Assembly: GCA_965649825.1 (NCBI GenBank)
Contig: OZ287695.1
Coordinates: 434,001-498,000, forward strand
DNA from: Penicillus capitatus
Taxonomy: Eukaryota > Plantae > Chlorophyta
DNA length: 64,000 nt
Direction of reading: 5' to 3'
How positions within the stretch are numbered: position 1 is the stretch's first letter; each line of letters opens with the position of its first letter. Position numbers and translations under genes: made by a program. Positions 36,028 to 48,073 of the stretch are shown here, piece by piece. Under the pieces are notes generated by a model. That model saw only the letters and a list, made by a program, of their open reading frames with translations. It ran no database searches and was not told where the DNA came from.

Positions 36028-37247
36028 ATGACGTTCTACGATGAGAACACCCACTGTCGAATGTGGTTTGAATACGCCGAGAGGGGATTGCTGACGAACC
36101 GAACGATACGTAATTTCTTGACGGGGTACAAGACGGAATCGTGGCCCAGCGTTGTTAAGTTGACGTTGCTCTATGGTATCGCCTCGCTGAAGTCGTCCGG
36201 CATCGGCGAGCCGATCCCGCTGGATCGCCTGCGGCGGACGGTGCGCCAGGCGGAAACGGCACGATGCGTCGAAGCAAAGCTCCCGGCTATTCAAGAAAGC
36301 ATGAGAGATCTCAAGGACGACGTCGAGGAAATTCTTGAGGCCGTCGAGGAACGACCGGCCGCCAGAGAAAAGATCCTCCAGACGCGTGAGGGTAACGCGC
36401 GTGAGACGACGGCGAAAGTAGCAGCACGGTGTCGAGCGCACGCGACGGCGTCGTTTTAGGGGATCTATCCCGACTGGTGGGGAGACGGGACGCGAGAGGA
36501 GAAGCCTGTGCCAGTCGTTGACGTCAAGAGGTCTTGTCTCCAGACATCGACGACGAACAAACACAGCGCCGTTTTCAGGGATCCCCGCCCGGCGCGCGCC
36601 CCTCCAAGGCTATGCTATTCGCTTTCGGACAAATGCCCGAAAAAGGCAGATGGAATGGCGGCGGCAAATGGAAAAGAATCTGCCGGTCCGTTGGCTGTAG
36701 AGGCGGTCCGAGCGCACGAAGATGCAAAACGCCCGTCGACGGAGGCGGATTTCACTAACGCATTGCTGAATGACCGATGGATGTCGGCGTTTGTGAACGC
36801 AACGGATCCCCTTGTGGATGATAATAACGAGTGCCCAAGAGCGTCGGCACGAAATGGGCACGGTATCGCCAACAGAGAAGTGCCCTTACGGGAAGCGGAG
36901 ATGCAGACGCCGCTGGTGGCCATTCCTTCGCCAAGAAGCACGGCGTTCTGGATCGACCTCGATGACAAAGACGCCGACATGGAGAGAGCCACGACGCCCG
37001 AGAGGTAAGACGACAATGCACGACGTGCTCTATTCGGACACGTGCACTCGGTCCCAGGCCAGAGAGTCGACAAGGCTACGTTCTGGACTTTGGCCATCTC
37101 GACTCGCCGCGTTTTCCTCCCAGGATCGCGTCGTCGGATCGGATCGCGTCCGATGACGATACGTCGATCGTCATCGACCTTGAGAAACTCGCATCTGAAA
37201 TCTCGTCCACCGAGAACGACGACGACGACGTGTTTTCTCTTATGTGA
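36028..37247 (+). CDS. Uncharacterised protein (helical N-domain, IYPDWW motif, acidic tail)
   Basis: A three-exon model joins the 36028, 36508 and 37060 frames via 42-nt and about 53-nt GT-AG introns. No family was recognised. Confidence 0.6.
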
Positions 37248-37270
37248 GGTGACGGGCGTTACAGAAATGT

Positions 37271-37628
37271 TCATTCGCAAGAGGGTCTGTGGACGGTGAC
37301 GAGGTAGAAATCGCGTCCCTTATCAAATTCCGGCGCGACGACGATCTCGTGCTTTTTCGAGCGAATCCTCGCGTACTGCAATTCGTCTTCCGCGTTCAGC
37401 GACTTTACTGTCGAGCGCGTTTTCTCGACGAATCGCGACACCAATGCGGCGTAGTGCACGGTGACGTCGTTCTCCATCGTCGACCGAATGGCGACGCCGT
37501 CACCGTTCATGACGAACAGACCTGCGCGCGATCTCCGCCGCGAGAGACGACAGACGGCGTGTACCTTCGCAGTTGTTGACAGATGCGAGACGAGTGAACG
37601 CCTCCTCGACCAGGGAGATGTCGCCCAT
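37271..37628 (-). CDS. DYNLRB: Roadblock/LC7 dynein light chain
   Basis: MGDISLVEEAFTRLASVNNCEG|LFVMNGDGVAIRSTM...DELQYARIRSKKHEIVVAP. Confidence 0.92.
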
Positions 37629-37702
37629 CGTCGCCGCGTGGTCGTCAACGACAGATGCGCATTTCGAATAGACGCCATCCGTTTAACGTTTCGATCCGCG
37701 TG

Positions 37703-38121
37703 ATGTCGATCGCGATGCATCTCAACGTGCGCCTCGTCTCGACCTTCTGGCACGGAACGGCTCTGCTGGCGTGCGCCGCGAGCGCTGCGTCTGCGGGGAG
37801 AGATGGAACGACAGGCGCATCGCTGTTGTGGATGGGAAAGGGAGATCCGCGTACGCGTCGCGGCAAGGCAGGTACCCTTCCATCTGGACCGTCTCTTAGG
37901 CGGTCGGATACGTGCAGCGCTTCAAGGGCACGTACGGCAAGGCCCGACCCAATCCGAACAAGGAACGCAAGATGCAGCGGATTTGGCTGAAGCCGACGGA
38001 TCCAGGACCCGTTCCCGTTCCCGAGCCGCCAGCAGAGTTCGCCACGCCCAAGAGCTTCACCCCCGAGATGGAGGGCGTCGTCTGGGACCTTTCTGACAGA
38101 CCGTTTAACAACGCCCATTAG
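37703..38121 (+). CDS. PSRP4: Organellar 30S ribosomal protein S31 (Thx/PSRP4 family)
   Basis: Targeting peptide, then MGKGDPRTRRGK|RFKGTYGKARP. The join needs a GC-AG intron at 37868-37917. The start ATG is uncertain. Confidence 0.85.
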
Positions 38122-39135
38122 TTTCATTCACGTCGTCAAACGCGCGCCTACCCCACTCAACGCGAAGGATGTAAGCCGGCCTCCTCGCTATCCGCACCGG
38201 CTTCCTTATGACGTCGTTGTGCCTTCAGGAGCGAAGAGGAGGTCGTCGACCCGAAGCCACGCGTAAGATCGACCGGCCTGCCCTATGCGATGCGACCGTC
38301 TGCCTTGACGTAGATCGAAGAGCAGTGCGCCGTGAAGTGTGTCCGGGAGCACGCGGAGTACAAGGTGAGACGTCTGTGTCGTAAGAGGCAGCGGACAGCT
38401 TCGCGCCTAGGCATGCACGGAGCGCATCAAGAAGGACACAACGGGAGAGGCCCACTGCACTGGACAGTACTTTGACTATTGGCGGTGCATTGACAAATGC
38501 GTAAGTCGTCTCGATCGTCCAGACCATCGCAAAATCCTCGTGTAGGCGGCTGCCCCTCTCTTCTCTGCCATAAAGTGATGTACGACTGACGGATGGTAAA
38601 TCTCTTTTGATGTCGACACAATGTGCTCCCCACAATCCATACTGCATCGGTGACAGCCAGACGCTTATGCAAAGATCGATATCGGCAGAAAAGTCCAGCC
38701 AGATAGTTCCTTAGGCGTCGATGAAAATTCGGTCGCACAAAAGACACACGACATCGGCGACGAAACAGATCTCGGTACAGCGCATCGACTCAGACACTCA
38801 AGTCACATCCAAAATCCATCGTTGCTCTCAGCGCAGCGAGATCCTTCCAATCTACACAGCCTCAATGACTGTGGACGTACTGTCTCATACGACAAGCAGA
38901 TCACGGTCACACTGCACAGATTCCTCGTAGCTGCATCGACGGCAACTCAACACGCTTCGTTCAAAGAGAAATGCAGACCTTATCTTCTTCCATATTTCTT
39001 TTAGGAGCTCGTTGTTTATCCAGAAGCTTGTGTTTGTCTTGTTTCACGGCAGGCGCATGGATTGCCCAGTGCTTCACATCGGGTGATGCTTTTCGGCATT
39101 TTCGACGTTATCGTTATCATTCAACGTCCCACGGA

Positions 39136-42100
39136 ATGGCGTCGACGGCTCAAGATTCGTCGGTGCCTCTCAAAGGCGCATCCGAAAAGAAAGAGGATGT
39201 CTACGATGAAGACCGTAGCATCTGTGCGACGATAACTCTCCCTTACGACGATTATCTGCTCTTTAGTCGAGTACTCGCCATTCTATGGCATCGAAAAGGG
39301 CGCCGTTCTCCAAGAGGCGCGTCAGTTTCATGACCCTCAAATCGACGCCCGCAAAGCACGACAGGTTTTGCACAGTGCGCCGCCACCTACTCACGCTCCA
39401 ATTCCCATAGGTCATCACAAAACTCCTCTACCTGCTCAACCAAGGCGAGTCCTTTACCAAAGTCTGACCAACCCCCAGTCCTTCTCACTCAAATGATGTG
39501 ACTTGACGTCCCTCTACAGAAAGAATCTTCCGAAGTGTTCTTTGCCGTTACCAAGCTCTTCCAGCACAAAGACGATGATTTGCGGCGCATGGTCTATCTC
39601 TGCATCAAAGATATCTCTCCGTCTTCGGACGAAGTGATAATCATCACGAGCTCCCTCATCAAAGACATGTCGTCCAAGCACGATCTCTACCGAGCCAACG
39701 CCATCCGTGTCCTCTGCAAGATCATCGATTCGCAGCTGCTGGCGCAAATCGAACGCTACCTTAAGCAAGCTGTCGTCGACAAGGCACCTGTCGTGTCGAG
39801 TGCCGCTCTCGTCAGCGGTATTCATTTGTTGAACGGGAATATGGATCTGGTGAAGCGATGGAACAATGAGATACATGAGGTGGTGAACAGTAAACAGGAT
39901 ATGGTTCAGTTTCACGGCGTCGCTCTGCAACACGCGTTGAGAGCCAGCGATCGATTGGCCATCAGCAAACTGGTCTCCGGTCTCATTCGGGGACCCTCGC
40001 GTATCAGCCTCGCGTCGATGTCTCAGTGTCTTCTGATTCGTTACGTCTCGGAGGTTGGTGGTTGACCTGTCACATCATCGATCGTTATGGAATGTGTGAC
40101 ATGTGTGAGATTAGGTGATCACGGAGACTCAGCCGGATCGGGAAGGAGATGTGCGTCCTTTCTATGATTTCTTGGAGAAGTGTTTGCGTCATAAGAGTGA
40201 GATGGTGATCTTTGAGGCGGCCAGGGCGATCACGAAGCTCAAGGATTTTACGACGAGGGAGATCACGCCGGCCATCACCGTTCTGCAGCTCTTTCTGAGC
40301 TCCTCAAAGCCGGTGCAGAAATTTGCCGCCGTCCGCATTCTGAACCGAGTTGCCATGACACACCCCTTAGCGGTGGCAAACTGCAACATCGATATGGAAA
40401 GCCTTATCAACGATCCTAACCGTAGCATTGCCACGTTAGCCATCACGACGCTGCTCAAGACGGGAAACGAAGGCAGCGTTGATCGCCTGCTCAAACAAGT
40501 CACATCACACTTCGATGGTCAGCCGTACATGTATGTTTGTGCAGATCGGCTCGTTTATGTCAGACATCGCCGACGATTTCAAGATCGTCGTCGTCGAGGC
40601 CATCCGTTCTCTCTGTCTCAAATTCCCGAACAAGCATCGCTCGCTCATGAACTTCCTGAGCAGTATCCTTCGCGAGGAGGGCGGATTCGAGTACAAGCGT
40701 GCCATTGTGGATTCCATTCTCATTCTGATCGATGCCATTCCCGAGGCAAAAGCGTCTGGATTGGGTCATCTCTGCGAATTCATCGAGGACTGCGAATTTG
40801 CGTATCTCTCGACGCAGATCCTGCACATTCTGGGCAAGGAGGGCCCGGCGACGACGGACCCTGGACACTACATTCGATTCATCTACAACCGCATCATTCT
40901 GGAGAGCGCTACTGTCCGTGCAGCAGCCGTGAGCAGCTTGGCAAAATTTGGAGCCGTTGAAGATCTGAAGCCCAAGATCTTGGTCCTGCTAAGGCGTGCG
41001 CTTTTTGACAACGATGATGAAGTAATCTCTGCCAAGGCCAAGTGCCACGTGATGGGACGTTTAGGTGCGGGATCGAGCCACGCTCTACGTGGAGCAGCTG
41101 TCAGGGAAGGCCGGAGGTGTGGAGGCTCTGGTGCAGCCCACGGCGAGACTGCCTCTGAAGAATCTGGAAACCGCGTTGCAGCAGTACTTAGCTGGGCCGA
41201 CAGATAAGCCTTTCAATTTCGACGCTGTGCCTCCCGATGCCGTAGAGGAGAAGCCCAAGGGCAAGAGAGCGGGTCCATCTCAAATGCCAGGCACCACATC
41301 GATGCTCAGTGAAGCCGAGCAGCTCTCGGAGTATATGGAGCAACTCAAACGTCTCCCTCAGTTTGCCACTCTCGGTCCCCTCTTCAAGTCCTGCGACGCC
41401 GTGCAGTTGACAGAAGAGGGCACAGAATACAGTGTGACGCTCATCAAGCACATCTTCGAGTCACACATCGTCTTTCAGTTCAGTTGTATGAACACCGTCG
41501 GCGAGCAGGTGCTGGAAGACGTCCGCGTTGTGCTGGACTTGGCCGAAGCGGTAAGCAGACGTTGCACCACCATCGAGGCATCGTCGTGCTGTCTAGGAGG
41601 ATTTTGAAGAGGAGGCGGTGATCGCATTGCCCCTGACAGAGCTCAACCAATCGGCACCCTGCTATACCATTCTCTCCCGTCCTGCCGGCAGCCTCATCTC
41701 TGGCAAGTGCGCCGCGCTGCTCAAGTTCAATCTCAAAGAGATCGATCCGGCAACGGGCGAGGCAGAAGAGGACGGTTACGAAGACGAGTACGAACTGGAA
41801 GACATCCTCATTGCCTCGGCGGATTACGTCAAGCCGATACGGATCGCAAATTTCCGAGCCAAGTGGGATGAGCTGGACGCCGATACCGAAGTGTCGAACG
41901 ATTATGGACTGGGTCAGCGATCCAGTCTGGAAGAGGCGATCGAGGCGGTGGTTCAGACACTGGGTATGTACGTGTGTGATGGGACCGATGCGATTCCGCC
42001 CAACGCGCGATCGCACCAGATGGCATTGGCCGGGATCTTCTTGGGGAATGCCACGTGCCTCGTGCGTTTGAGCTTCGGCATCGATTCCAAGAACAACGTC

Positions 42101-42175
42101 GCTATGAAGCTAGCGGCGAGGGCAGACACCATCGACATCTCCGAAGCTGTGGACCTGATTATACAAGAAGCGTAG
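39136..42175 (+). CDS. COPG: Coatomer subunit gamma
   Basis: [68 protein letters not shown] and DEVRDRAT, plus the appendage domain. Confidence 0.96.
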
Positions 42176-42299
42176 AGAGTCGTGCGGTTTGTCTGCGCAT
42201 CGTATCGTATTTAAGCGATCCATTCTGAGTCCATCTCTTTTTCGCTCTGCGCTGTCGTGCCCGAATGCGTCTCGTTTCGTAGCTAAGCCACGAAAGAGA

Positions 42300-43587
42300 T
42301 CAGGCCAGTAGAGAAGGACAAGTGTCACGCACTTCATTTAGTACATGTGCGATCGGCTTGATGGGACAGGTGATCGTGAGAAGGTGTTCGGTCAGAGAGA
42401 CGGTCGCCGTTGCGCGTTGGGCATCGATCGCCAGCGGGATTTCGACCCTCAAGAGCTCTGCAATGCGAGGTAGATCGATATCGAGCTGGAAGTTTGTCAG
42501 CCAGATCTGCGGGGCGATTTTTTCTGCGGAACAGAGACGTTTGCGAAAAGTGTATGGCTGGCGGCGGACCTGTGGTCGTGGGAAGACGTATCACAAGGCG
42601 GATGCCATCGACGGGTCTGTTTTCGAAAGTCAGCGTGTAGTCAAGCTTCGGCAGCTTCGTCGTCGCTTCCTTCTTGCCATTGAACGATCTGACATCTCCG
42701 TTGATCCGCAATGGAGAGGAAGCGGATTTTGGCCCCTAACATCCAATTCAGAGTTCCTAAGTTGAGCGCAGTCCATAGACGTCATCACACTTGCGGCATT
42801 TCTTGCACCAAGGGCTCTCTTGGCACACGCACTTTGTGTGGCCGAATCTCTTTTCCTTTGTATTGCAGTTTGGGCAGTTTGTACTCAGCGGACAGTCGCA
42901 CATCGTTCTGCATCCAATCCTTTGCTGCGCAGCATAAGAGTGAGAAATGTCGGACTTTGTGTGAGACCCATTCGATTGCGAGCCCAATGAGAAAGACTTT
43001 GAGTTTTCGATAGCTTCTGGCTGCCAAGACGATATCCACGTTGAATAGGCAATCGTAAACGGTGCACGGTTCCCCTTGTTTGTCTCGATCTTCTCTGGCT
43101 GCCCCCAGAGACAACGGAAATCTACTCGACCTCGTGTTGCTCACACATCCAGGAAAGAAACCAAAAAATGTGACTGCCTGAGAGCCTCTTTTTCTTCGTC
43201 TGAAGAGGTCACGGACTTCAACGCGGCCGCCACTTCCTGCGGAATCTGGCCTCCTGTCCAGTCTCCTGGCGCTGGAATCTCAGCACAGCCGCAGACATTG
43301 ATGAAGGTCTTTTTCTGCTGCATGTTGCGTGTCTTGATAACAAAACTGTGTCAAGAGAGTGAGAAACGTCACATCATCTGTACTTAAGACGCAGACCTGG
43401 GCATCGGAACGACGTCTTTGACGTCAAAGTCGTCACGCCGTTTTCCTTCCGGACGATGCATCGCATCCAGCAAGTCCTGAGAGGACAATCGATAGACATG
43501 AGCAGTTTAATGGACGCCGCGTACCTGTAGCGTCTTCTCATTTTCGTCGCCTCCATTGAGCAGCTCGGGACTCCGTTCTTGCGCCAT
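42300..43587 (-). CDS. PIH1-domain protein (Kintoun/DNAAF2- or PIH1D1-like) with C-terminal CS-like domain
   Basis: VVPMP|SFVIKT...KTFINVC, EDRDKQGEPCTVYDCLFN...FLIGLAIEWV and YKLPKLQYKG; spliced C-terminus ...LLTITCPIKP...LLA*. Confidence 0.82.
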
Positions 43588-43731
43588 GATGTCGTATCCC
43601 AGTAACGCGTGTGTTCGTTCGTTCGTAGGTGGGTGACATGATGCCGACGTAGGTTACGTTTGAGCGATGATGTGACGCCTCTGTCTTCTGCTGTTGTCCC
43701 CAAGACCTCCTTGCCGACCAAACGAGACAGC

Positions 43732-45282
43732 ATGCGTGCGTTTCGCACAGGACGTCCGCTCTTTTCTTCCACTTCCCGTCGCTGCCGTCGATCGCAAAGT
43801 CCTCGACGACATTCCCGAGTCGCCTGTTTACGAGACACCCGGCCAGAAGGACCACACCACCCCGATGCCCCGTCAGATAACACCTCCATCTCAGCCGTCG
43901 ACGCTCCGTACGTATCATCGACCGCAAACGACGACACTGCCATCGATTCTCTCCTCAAACAAGTGGAAGCTGGATGGGATGCACTACCTGCCCGATTTCG
44001 TATCGTTGCCTTCTGCTGCGCCGCCTTCGTCCTATGTAACATGGACAAGGTCAACCTGAGCATCGCCATTATTCCGATGGCACACGAGTTCAGCTGGCCA
44101 GCCAGCATTTCCGGTCTGATCCAGTCGAGCTTTTTCTGGGGATACATGGCATTCCAGATCCCTGGCGGCTATCTCTGCTCGCGATTCGGCGGCCGACGCA
44201 TGATCCCTTACTTCGTCGGCATCTGGAGCCTGGCGACGGTCGCGCTGCCTTTCCTCGGAGGAACGGTCTCTGCGCTGTGTCTCTCCCGCGCCGCCGTCGG
44301 TCTGGGCGAAGCCGTCGCGCCATCGGCCATCACCGACATGGTCGCCCGCACCGTGCCCGTTTCCGAACGCTCCAGAGCGACCTCCTTCATCTTCGGTGGC
44401 CTCAGCGTTGGCAGTATCTTTGGCCTCGTCTCGTCCTCCTTCATGATCGAGCATCTCGGCTGGAAAAGCGTCTTTGTGCTCTTTGGAGCCGCCGGCGTTT
44501 TCTGGATCTTTGCCTTCGAGCAGCTTATGCAGCAATTCGCCCAGGCGGAACCTGAAGTGCAGCGACGGCTTGTCGACGATGGGGCGTCGGCGCGAACGAC
44601 CGGCGTTCCGGTGCGTGCGATTCTGAGATCGTCGTCCGTTCGCGCTCTGGCCTTTACGCATTTTTGTGGAAACTATTTTCACTATACCATGCTTGCGTGG
44701 TTGCCGTCCTACTTCGCCCAGACGCTGAATCTCGATCTCGGCCAAGCGGCTCTCGTTTCTGGCGTTCCGCCCATTCTCTCAGTATCTTTCGCCGCCGTTG
44801 CCGGGACCCTCGCAGACAAGCTCATCCAAACCGGCTGGAAAACGACCCACGTTCGGAAGCTCTCCCAATGTGTGGCCTTTCTAGGCCCGAGTACCTGTCT
44901 CGTCGCCGCCTGCCTGTCCGATGACGCCACCTGGAGTGCCGGCTATGTGGCGCTGTCCCTAGGTCTGGCCTCCTTTTCGATGGCCGGACTCTACTGCAAC
45001 CACCAAGACCTCTCGCCACGTTACTCGAGTTTTCTCCTGGGCCTTACTAACACAGCCGCATCCATTCCTGGAATCGTCGGCGTCTGGCTAACGGGCTATC
45101 TCATGGATCTGTGGGGACGTTGGGAAATCGCTTTGTTTTTCCCCTCCATCTTTTTCTTTCTGACTGGGGCGGCTGTCTTCGTTGCCTTTGGAACGGCAGA
45201 AGAGCAACCGTTTGATAACAACGCTCCCTTTCCCATCGAGCAACGCATCGAGGAATTCTTTGGCCAGGCGTTTGCCCGATGA
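43732..45282 (+). CDS. PHT4: PHT4/ACS-family MFS anion (phosphate) transporter, probably plastid-targeted; intronless
   Basis: CNMDKVNLSIAIIPMA, GLIQSSFFWGY, GLGEAVAP, ERSRA, WLPSYF and NHQDLSPRY; R/S-rich N-terminus. Confidence 0.93.
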   Translation: MRAFRTGRPLFSSTSRRCRRSQSPRRHSRVACLRDTRPEGPHHPDAPSDNTSISAVDAPYVSSTANDDTAIDSLLKQVEAGWDALPARFRIVAFCCAAFVLCNMDKVNLSIAIIPMAHEFSWPASISGLIQSSFFWGYMAFQIPGGYLCSRFGGRRMIPYFVGIWSLATVALPFLGGTVSALCLSRAAVGLGEAVAPSAITDMVARTVPVSERSRATSFIFGGLSVGSIFGLVSSSFMIEHLGWKSVFVLFGAAGVFWIFAFEQLMQQFAQAEPEVQRRLVDDGASARTTGVPVRAILRSSSVRALAFTHFCGNYFHYTMLAWLPSYFAQTLNLDLGQAALVSGVPPILSVSFAAVAGTLADKLIQTGWKTTHVRKLSQCVAFLGPSTCLVAACLSDDATWSAGYVALSLGLASFSMAGLYCNHQDLSPRYSSFLLGLTNTAASIPGIVGVWLTGYLMDLWGRWEIALFFPSIFFFLTGAAVFVAFGTAEEQPFDNNAPFPIEQRIEEFFGQAFAR

Positions 45283-45657
45283 TATCATCTAAGTGGCGGC
45301 GGCCCTCGTATCTGAGTGGCGGCGGCTGTACGTGGCCTCTGTGCTTTTGATGGAGATCTCTGTGCCGTGCGTTGAAAGTGAAAGTGGCGATGTAAGAACA
45401 CAAACGTGGATGTTGTTTTGCTTAACCGGCTATGTCCAGCATTGTGGACATCTTGTCATTGCAGAGGTTTTGCTGCCGACTTGTTATCTAATTCCAAACT
45501 TCTAGCACAAAAAAGAATGAATGGCGGTGCTCTCAACCAAATCGATAGGTAAACAGGGCAATCTCAGACAAATCAAAAAACCCATAAAGGCAGACAGGCG
45601 ATCAGCTCATCGGTGCAATGGTGGCACACATCATGCTGTATGGCGGGCGCTAAAGTA

Positions 45658-46464
45658 CTAGACAACAAAATACCCCTCGGCTTTGAGGCTTCTCTTCACC
45701 CAGATCTCTGAAGGTTTGTTGGGTTTTTTGTCCACTTTCGGAGGATAGTCATAGAGTGCGAGATAAACAATGGTGCTTTCGAATGGCATCCGAGAGTAGG
45801 ACAAATCTGTTAGCAAATCGGCCGCCGCGTGGAGGATCTTCCAGAACTCTGTTTCGTTTGTTGGCCGAATAAAAAAGTACTCCTCGGCTCTCTCATCGAG
45901 GTGCAAAGGGTATCTTGGGGCCGGTGGCTTCTCCTGTGCAGAGCAGCCTGTTGTTAGCAGATGTAGTACTTAAGACAGCATCGCACTCTGTATTCTTTGG
46001 GAATGAGGAACTGCACGACGCGTGGGGCAGCCATATCCAGAACATCCAAACGGATGAACATCGGCGTCGTCTGCGGCACGAGTGCGCCCTCGTAGTTACC
46101 GCCAAAATTGTAGCGTGACAGTTGCTAGAAAGGACAGGCGTGATCATGAGACGAGCGAACGGCTACGTCGTGGGGTGGTACCTCGTAGGAGTACTCGCAT
46201 AGGAAACGGAAATCCGACATGGCGGTCGATGGCGTATTGATGGGTAGTGTCAGATACATAGCTACACGCACACACACGGCTGCACTCGTCTCCATCATTC
46301 CAGTCACGATGCTCACCTGCGTCTACACGGAGAACGCGCATGTCTCCGAAGGCTTCGAGCTGGGTGCTAGCATAGGACTCGTATGCGAAAGGGGATACCG
46401 CGAAGAAGGTCGTGACAAAAAAGAGCGCAGCGAAGACGGCAGACAAAGTTGGCAAGTTTTGCAT
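45658..46464 (-). CDS. SOUL heme-binding-protein-like, secreted, paralogue 1
   Basis: Hydrophobic leader; spliced QLSRYNFGGNYEGALVPQTTPMFIR; aligns with paralogue 2 (TAMSDFRFL vs TAMTDFAFL; LHAAADLLTDL vs LHAAARFMADL). Confidence 0.6.
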
Positions 46465-46828
46465 TGCTGCAGATATGAACGCGGAGCAGAGCGGACGGAG
46501 GATGACTTAAAATCCGTCCAATCTTGATGAACATCAGAGAGTAGTGATCCTAACCGTCTGGGGTATCAAGAACCAATCAAGAGATTACGGCTATAAAAGG
46601 ACCAAATGTGCGGTTAATACAGTACGTACACGACTGCTAGATAAATTCTACCACTCATCCTATGCGAATGCCAGTGGCTAATGAAAAAAAGAAAAGACAA
46701 AACCCAACTGAATTTGGCCGAAGCTACCCGTCTTGATAACCCAATCGGTGCCCGACCATTGAATGGAGAGAGTATCCAGACGACAGAAAGCTGCATCCAG
46801 AACTGTCTGTCTTTCAACTTGTATGTAC

Positions 46829-46896
46829 TACCAGAAAGCACTCTTGGTGGGATCTTTAAATGATACCAGAAAGCACTCTTGGAGAGATCGTTGAAA
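46829..46896. repeat. 35-bp-period direct duplication between the SOUL paralogues
   Basis: taccagaaagcactcttgg at 46829 and 46864, each followed by a gatc-containing segment. Confidence 0.85.
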
Positions 46897-46952
46897 AGTG
46901 AGTCATTGAATTGTGGCGGCGCCTGGACCGCACGGAGTAAGCGAGCACAAAA

Positions 46953-48073
46953 TCATAAAGTGTAGGCGCTACGTCTCAGGTGATCAAAGTACCGTCTTCG
47001 CTCCTCTGCCAGAAGCGTCAAGTCGTCATCACCACGATTCTGAAGATGGTGTCCGCCACCATCGTAGCCAGTACGCCGAACGTCGAAGCCAGCCCCGCGG
47101 CTAAAGCCAAACCCTCCAGAATCGCTACCGCCACTAAAGTCATCGCCCTCAAATCCTCCATCTCCTGTGCGAAATCCGCTACCTCCTCCAAAGCCGATAT
47201 CACGGTCTCCACCAAACTGACCAGTATAGGCATCTCCAGGATAGGCGCGTTGTTCACTCAACGTCCGCCCGATCCATATCTCATTCTCAATCGGCGGGTT
47301 TTCGATCTCTTCTGCCACGGACGGTGATTGAGATTCTGATGTGACGGGTAATACTGGTCGGTTGTACAGTACCAGATTCACTTGATCCCTGTCGAAGGGG
47401 TACTTCATGAAAGCGAGGTCTGCCATGAAGCGAGCTGCGGCATGCAGTAATTCGATGTAAGACAACTGAGATGAGACTCGGCGAACATAGACGTATCGAT
47501 CTTTGACGGCATCGACGTACAGAGGATGGAAAGGTGCCGGGACACCGTCCTAAAAATAGCGTGTCGTGTGCGTGTGCATGGATGCTTTTTATAGAAGGAC
47601 CGCTGACCTGCTTTTCAATGTGCACTGGATAGGAGACACGCCTGGGTCGATGAAGTTTGAGGAGGTTGACATCGATGCGCAGCGGCGTCGTCCGGTCCAG
47701 AACCTCCCCAAAATAATTGTCGCCAGTGAAGTACCTTGCGAGAACCTAGAGAGAGCGCAGAGTTGACGGAAGGCAGAAATGGCGGGTGTACCCTGTCGGT
47801 GTACTCGACCAGAAAGGCGAAGTCCGTCATTGCCGTGATACCCCCATGTTCTTGCCACGTTATCCACAATGCTATAGGGAGCGGGACTTCGCTTTGGTCT
47901 ATGGGCGGAAATGCTGGCTCACTTTTACTGTAGTGCCGAATTTCGAATGTCTCTGCAGATGAAACGATGCGGTAGGGAGGGCACTTGAATCCGTAACCGC
48001 AGGCGTTTACAAACGCTGCTTGTGTACAAGGGCAAAGTAAGAGCAGCGCGACAAAGAAGCGGAGGTTCATCAT
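46953..48073 (-). CDS. SOUL heme-binding-protein-like, secreted, paralogue 2 with a Gly/Phe/Asp-rich tail
   Basis: Signal peptide, CPPYRIVSSAETFEIRHY, LARYFTGDNYFGEVLDRTTP and ENEIWI are SOUL-family motifs. Confidence 0.72.

Noticed and set aside
38225-38747. Minus-strand ORFs between PSRP4 and COPG
   Set aside because: No motif and no consistent splice model; a gene cannot be excluded but cannot be supported.
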